From: Mobula hypostoma
Taxonomy: Eukaryota
Assembly (NCBI RefSeq): GCF_963921235.1
Contig: NC_086097.1
Span: 222,892,001-222,956,000, forward strand
Direction of reading: 5' to 3'
Length of the DNA stretch: 64,000 bases
A program made the translations under genes and the position numbers. The notes under the pieces were generated by a model. The model saw only the letters and a program-made list of their open reading frames with translations, ran no database searches and was not told where the DNA came from. This document shows positions 63,001 to 64,000 of this stretch, one piece after another (position 1 is the first letter of the stretch; each line of letters begins with the position of its first letter).

Positions 63001-63772
63001 AAAAAAATCCAGTCATAGCTTGAGCTGATGTTCAGTTATAATGTGCCTTTTGGGCCTATTTGAAGTGCATTACCATCTGTCATTTCCTTTTGAACTTTAT
63101 GATATTTTTAACAATTGGGATGTAGTGGCATGCCAATGTTATGAAAGAACTATTATTGTTTTGCTATAATTAATTTTAGCTCAGTCTTCAATAAACACAA
63201 CGATAAATTTAGTTTGGTCATTGTTTCATTAGCTGTATCATTTATCTCTGCTCATGGTGTGTGCAGAGAAATTTAATTCAGGCAGTTTCTACTTTAATAG
63301 CAAAAAGTCCCTGTTATAGTATTTTAAAAAGGTCAAATTTAATTAGCTTCAATGCAAATCTTAAAAATGACAGATGTTATTTATTTTCCAAAAGTCTAAC
63401 TTGCTGCATTTTAAAATGTTAACGTTTTAAAACTTGTTGTATTTCAAAATTAGTTGGATTTATTTATGTATATATTTTGAACTGCACAAATTGCTATCAC
63501 TTTTTTTTCAAATGCAATTTGTACATACTTCAGAAGATATATGCAGCACAAAATATCTACTTAAGTAAATCCAACTAACCTGTAGGCTGACTCATGTTGT
63601 AAGCAATGCAGGGGACCTTTGTTATTATTGATTTTTTTTTTCTTTCCCTTTCTGTGTTTAGACTTTCAGTATCTACTCTAGTTTGAGTGGATCGCCATTG
63701 ACTGCCAATGTGGCTTTTTCAGCACTCGCACTTTTTGATAAATTTAATTCTCCACTCATTTTGTTCCCTATG
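17463..63772 (+). CDS. Spliced, 3'-partial gene for a divergent sulfonylurea-receptor-like ABC transporter (ABCC8/ABCC9 family). Exons: 17463-18059, 18704-18813, 24675-24747, 29471-29527, 29621-29806, 34433-34585, 37731-37886, 40643-40831, 48523-48631, 61802-61842, 63662-63772
   Basis: All 11 exons have AG/GT boundaries with compatible phases and join into 594 codons with no stop. Motifs are collinear with SUR1 as recalled: [20 protein letters not shown] (SUR1 WLHFPGHNLRWILTF), LQD..F.QP.VN.LS..TY.W, LGKLP, GQI.N...D, LLKLYSWE. No NBD inside the window. Confidence 0.92.
18704..18813 (+). CDS. SUR-like coding exon 2 (L0 linker)
   Basis: ttctttcttttag|[39 protein letters not shown]; donor AC|gtaag, phase 2. 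Confidence 0.9.
18872..19585 (-). mobile_element. CR1 3' fragment
   Basis: Minus [18 protein letters not shown]...[11 protein letters not shown]1-type 3' UTR. Confidence 0.8.
20416..21351 (+). CDS. CR1 ORF1 protein: N-terminal Cys zinc finger, coiled coil, SGNH/GDSL-type esterase domain
   Basis: CSRCRMW...CAKC; heptad [35 protein letters not shown]. Confidence 0.9.
   Translation: MSVRAVCCSRCRMWEALESPSLPDVYICAKCIEMQLLRDRITELELQLDDLCLVRESEELIERSCRQVVTPGPREADKWVTVRRGKGKSQVIGSTPVAVPLNNRYSCFSTVGGDSLPGGSDSGRASGTEFGPVAQKGRARKRRAVVIGDSIVRGSDRRFCGRSPETRMVVCLPGARVRDISDRVQDILKWEGEEPEVVVHIGTNDIGRKRDEVLKGEYRELGRELRKRTAKVVISGLLPRPHDSESRNAMRWRINVWLRDWSRRQGFKFLDHWDLFWHRRDLYKKDGLHLNPRGTNILAGRLARATEVTLN
21357..24401 (+). 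CDS. CR1 ORF2 protein: apurinic-type endonuclease plus reverse transcriptase (true initiation mode uncertain)
   Basis: [27 protein letters not shown] (SDHN in the sister copy), [21 protein letters not shown]; uninterrupted frame. Confidence 0.92.
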   Translation: MGGGNQIKEARREEVSSQQGDGNQCRETEGCKVGVEAKSTKEKSKSGRPTNPGQALKRATFQHNCIRAKRVVKERLKALCVNARSIRNKVDELKVPIVINDYDIVGITETWPQGDQGWELNVQGYSIFRRDRHEGRGGGVALLVKEEIEEINAIERKDISQEDVESIWVELRNTKTQKTLVGVVYRPPNSSSEVGDGIKQEIRNVCNKGTAVIMGDFNLHVDWVNQIGKGAEEEDFLECMQDGFLNQHVEEPTREQAILDWVLSNEEGLISNLVVRGPLGKSDNNMVEFFIKMESDIVNSETKVLNLKRGNFEGMRGELAKIDWQMTLKGLTVDMQWQAFKGCMDELQQLFIPVWQKNKSRKVVHPWLTREIRDSINSKEEEAYKLARESGSPEDWEKFRVQQRRTKGLIRKGKKDYERKLAGNIKTDCKSFYRYVKRKRLVKTNVGPLPTETGELIMGSKDMADQLNNYFGSVFTKEDISNLPEIVGDRGSSEMEELREIHVSREVVLSKLKGLKADKSPGPDGLHSRVLKEVAQEIVDALVIIFQNSLDAGLVPEDWRVANVTPLFKKGGREKPGNYRPVSLTSVVGKLLESVIKDVITAHLESGEIIGQSQHGFVKGKSCMTNLIEFFEDVTSRVDRGEPVDVVYLDFQKAFDKDPHRRLVCKLKALGIGGKVLMWMENWLAGRKQRVGINGTFSEWQAVTSGVPQGSVLGPQLFTIYINDLDEGIKCSISKFADDTKLGGSVSCEEDAKRMQSDLDRLGEWASSWQMQFNVDKCEVIHFGSKNRKTDYYLNGDRLGKGEVQRDLGVIIHQSLKVGMQVQQAVKKANGMLAFIARGFEYRSREVLLQLYKALVRPHLEYCVQFWSPNLRKDIFAIEGVQRRFTRLIPGMAGLSYEERLDELGLYSLEFRRLRGDLIETYKILKGLDRLDAGRLFPMLGKSRTRCHSLRIKGKPFRTEIRKNFFTQRVVNLWNSLPQETVEASSLAIFKRELDMTLVATGIRGYGGKAGAGF
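24675..24747 (+). CDS. SUR-like coding exon 3 (L0/lasso)
   Basis: ttccttag|G; (T)[24 protein letters not shown]; donor CAG|gttgat; phase matches exon 2. Confidence 0.88.
24907..25685. mobile_element. Non-autonomous Tc1/mariner (Tigger/pogo-like) DNA transposon
   Basis: Imperfect TIRs TAGTGTATTCTGGTTAATT and AATTAGCCGGAATCCACTG, each flanked by TA; no transposase ORF. Confidence 0.7.
25866..28432 (-). mobile_element. Degenerate CR1 LINE with an internal deletion and an inverted segment (about 27128-27275)
   Basis: Minus peptides [30 protein letters not shown]; 3' tail accataagaccataaga. Confidence 0.85.
28433..28622 (-). mobile_element. Rex1/Babar 3' UTR tail
   Basis: tcagaatcagagtcaggtttattatcacc... 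closely matches 9777-9995. Confidence 0.7.
29471..29527 (+). CDS. SUR-like coding exon 4
   Basis: ttctctttag|[22 protein letters not shown]; donor AAG|gtaagc. Confidence 0.85.
29621..29806 (+). CDS. SUR-like coding exon 5 (first TMD1 helix)
   Basis: tattttag|GAA; ...[35 protein letters not shown]...EK; donor AAG|gtatag; follows a 93-nt intron. Confidence 0.9.
30305..31020 (-). mobile_element. Mosaic: CR1 3' end (30305-30640), Penelope-derived fold-back (30646-30794), CR1 ORF1 esterase fragment (about 30797-31020)
   Basis: Minus [12 protein letters not shown]; the reverse complement of about 30850-30980 resembles ORF1 EVLK.EYRELGR...VVISGLLP. Confidence 0.7.
31780..32180 (+). mobile_element. 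Old Penelope-like terminal repeat with a decayed hammerhead motif
   Basis: Pyrimidine-rich tract, then gagtc-ctgatgc...aaa..gact and tgctg...gagttcctc, as in 700-860. Confidence 0.5.
32668..33010 (+). mobile_element. CR1 internal fragment (about 32668-32896) joined to a Penelope 3' terminus (about 32900-33010)
   Basis: [14 protein letters not shown]...YSLEFRR, then gaaacgtcgactgtacctc...gaattcctgttg matching 788-895. Confidence 0.75.
33138..34310 (+). mobile_element. Young CR1 3' fragment (same subfamily as 12404 and 20105)
   Basis: [16 protein letters not shown]...FADD...[10 protein letters not shown]; small frameshifting deletion near 33824; ends about 120 nt before exon 6. Confidence 0.93.
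34433..34585 (+). CDS. SUR-like coding exon 6
   Basis: ttacttag|[54 protein letters not shown]; donor CAG|gtaaga. Confidence 0.92.
34680..35440 (-). mobile_element. Old CR1 3' fragment
   Basis: Reverse complement resembles the CR1 [11 protein letters not shown] region and 3' UTR. Confidence 0.7.
35445..36080 (-). mobile_element. Non-autonomous SINE-like retroelement (related copy at 57302-57703)
   Basis: Both copies begin gattatgag..cac.cagtcctcttttattgtcatttag and share about 300 nt; CpG-rich body; no credible ORF. Confidence 0.65.
37731..37886 (+). CDS. SUR-like coding exon 7 (156 nt)
   Basis: tttttctag|[13 protein letters not shown]...[15 protein letters not shown]...SIPIQ; donor CAG|gtatgt. 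Confidence 0.92.
38040..38489 (+). mobile_element. Rex1/Babar-like 3' end with (TATGAC)n tail
   Basis: [10 protein letters not shown]...[20 protein letters not shown]; aataaaa-tatgactatgactactatga; same tail on the minus strand at 56570-56697. Confidence 0.75.
40643..40831 (+). CDS. SUR-like coding exon 8
   Basis: gatttcag|[39 protein letters not shown]...[16 protein letters not shown]; donor AAG|gtaaca. Confidence 0.92.
41693..41962 (+). mobile_element. tRNA-derived V-SINE
   Basis: A-box-like tagtggttag and B-box ggttcaattcc, then V-domain-like gagtttgtatgttctcccc...gggtttcctccaggtgctccggtttcctcccacagtccaaagac. Confidence 0.8.
42094..42245 (-). mobile_element. 152-bp Penelope terminus insertion with a 14-bp target-site duplication
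   Basis: ccgtaaattgaaaa at 42080-42093 and 42246-42259; body is the reverse complement of about 755-895. Confidence 0.85.
42196..42231 (-). ncRNA. Minimal hammerhead ribozyme motif (identical to 765-800)
   Basis: Exact reverse complement of AGTCCTGACGAAGGGTCTCGGCCTGAAACGTCGACT. Confidence 0.8.
42866..43240 (+). mobile_element. CR1 3' fragment
   Basis: [23 protein letters not shown]...; tail cttatggtcttatg. Confidence 0.8.
44503..45456 (-). mobile_element. Probable solo LTR (about 954 bp) of an LTR retrotransposon
   Basis: TG...CA termini with short inverted ends (tggcacg / cgtcaca), 4-bp flanks attt/atgt (one mismatch), minus-strand AATAAA near the 3' end; no coding domain. Confidence 0.65.
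46208..46275. mobile_element. About 70-bp palindromic Tc1-type MITE
   Basis: gtgcaaaagtcctaggcac ... gtgaccaagatttttgcatagtactg imperfect inverted repeat, TA-flanked. Confidence 0.55.
46640..47570 (-). mobile_element. Degenerate Rex1/Babar RT fragment
   Basis: Minus [16 protein letters not shown]...[11 protein letters not shown]. Confidence 0.75.
47663..47755 (-). mobile_element. 93-bp Penelope terminus insertion with a 7-bp TSD; hammerhead truncated within the CUGANGA core
   Basis: tatgaca at 47656-47662 and 47756-47762; body matches about 772-865 reversed. Confidence 0.75.
48523..48631 (+). CDS. SUR-like coding exon 9
   Basis: tcttccag|[39 protein letters not shown]; donor T|gtgagt, phase 1. 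Confidence 0.92.
49431..52235 (+). mobile_element. Degenerate CR1 LINE (EN to 3' end) nested in Rex1
   Basis: [31 protein letters not shown]; many stops; cttatggtcttatggtc tail. Confidence 0.9.
52611..57200 (+). mobile_element. CR1 LINE split into about 52611-53712 and 56186-57200 by a second CR1, plus a Rex1 tail insertion at 56570-56697
   Basis: RT reads KFADDTKIG up to 53712 and resumes GGAGSAEE at about 56188. Confidence 0.88.
53713..56185 (+). mobile_element. CR1 LINE of a different subfamily nested in CR1, with an internal deletion of the RT core at about 55368
   Basis: [11 protein letters not shown]...[17 protein letters not shown] jumps directly to [13 protein letters not shown] (PQGSVLGP and ADD missing); tail ttctatgttctatgt. 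Confidence 0.9.
57302..57703 (-). mobile_element. Non-autonomous SINE-like element nested in Rex1 (family of 35445-36080)
   Basis: Shared end sequence with the 35445 copy; flanks atattatt / atagtatt resemble a TSD. Confidence 0.65.
59480..59960 (-). mobile_element. Old Penelope-like element fragment (GIY-YIG)
   Basis: Minus [23 protein letters not shown]...LPVA...[11 protein letters not shown]. Confidence 0.75.
61802..61842 (+). CDS. SUR-like coding exon 10 (41 nt)
   Basis: tctttgcag|TA; (L)[13 protein letters not shown]; donor GTG|gtaggt; phase matches exon 9. Confidence 0.88.
63662..63772 (+). CDS. SUR-like coding exon 11
   Basis: tgtgtttag|[40 protein letters not shown]; donor ATG|gtaagt. 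Confidence 0.9.
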
Positions 63773-64000
63773 GTAAGTTCAATACTACTTTGCTAAGTAC
63801 ATATAACACAAGACTTTAGAGAGACGAGATTGAAATAATTTGTGATTTGGTCTGCTGTGTGGAGTGCTTGCTGAGACAAATAAAGTATCAATAAGTTTCA
63901 AAGAGGTTTTTAAAACTGGCAGGGGATCTGTATCCCTGGCCAGTAATAATAAATATTTACATCTGTGCACTAAGAATCATTTACAGTGGAGTGGCTCAAT

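Noticed and set aside
17463..63772. Assigning the symbol ABCC8 or ABCC9
   Set aside because: Family membership is clear but orthology is not; the divergence and intron pattern argue against naming it without a phylogeny.
1..64000. Prokaryotic RT systems (retron, group II intron, DGR) or a CRISPR array
   Set aside because: All RTs are non-LTR retrotransposon type, the host gene has spliceosomal introns, and there is no regular repeat-spacer array.

Overview
AT-rich, repeat-dense eukaryotic (vertebrate) genomic DNA. The mix of CR1, Rex1/Babar, Penelope-like and V-SINE repeats suggests a cartilaginous fish, probably a ray or skate (inference). I found one host gene: the 5' part of a highly divergent sulfonylurea-receptor-like ABC transporter (ABCC8/ABCC9 family) on the + strand. 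I reconstructed 11 GT-AG coding exons (17463-63772) that splice into one 594-codon frame covering TMD0, L0 and most of TMD1; the gene continues past the window. Much of the rest is retroelements: one full-length, open-frame CR1 LINE, many truncated CR1 and Rex1 copies (several nested), Penelope fragments with minimal hammerhead ribozymes, a solo LTR, a V-SINE and Tc1/mariner-type MITEs. Main points: (i) the SUR-like gene differs from canonical SUR1 in sequence and intron pattern and may be a separate ancient paralogue; (ii) the intact CR1 has an in-frame U_UUA_AAC -1 frameshift heptamer exactly at the ORF1/ORF2 junction, and ORF2 has no usable AUG; (iii) Penelope-end hammerhead motifs and fold-back derivatives are scattered through the window. 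Repeat boundaries are approximate. All homology calls come from reading and recall, not database searches.
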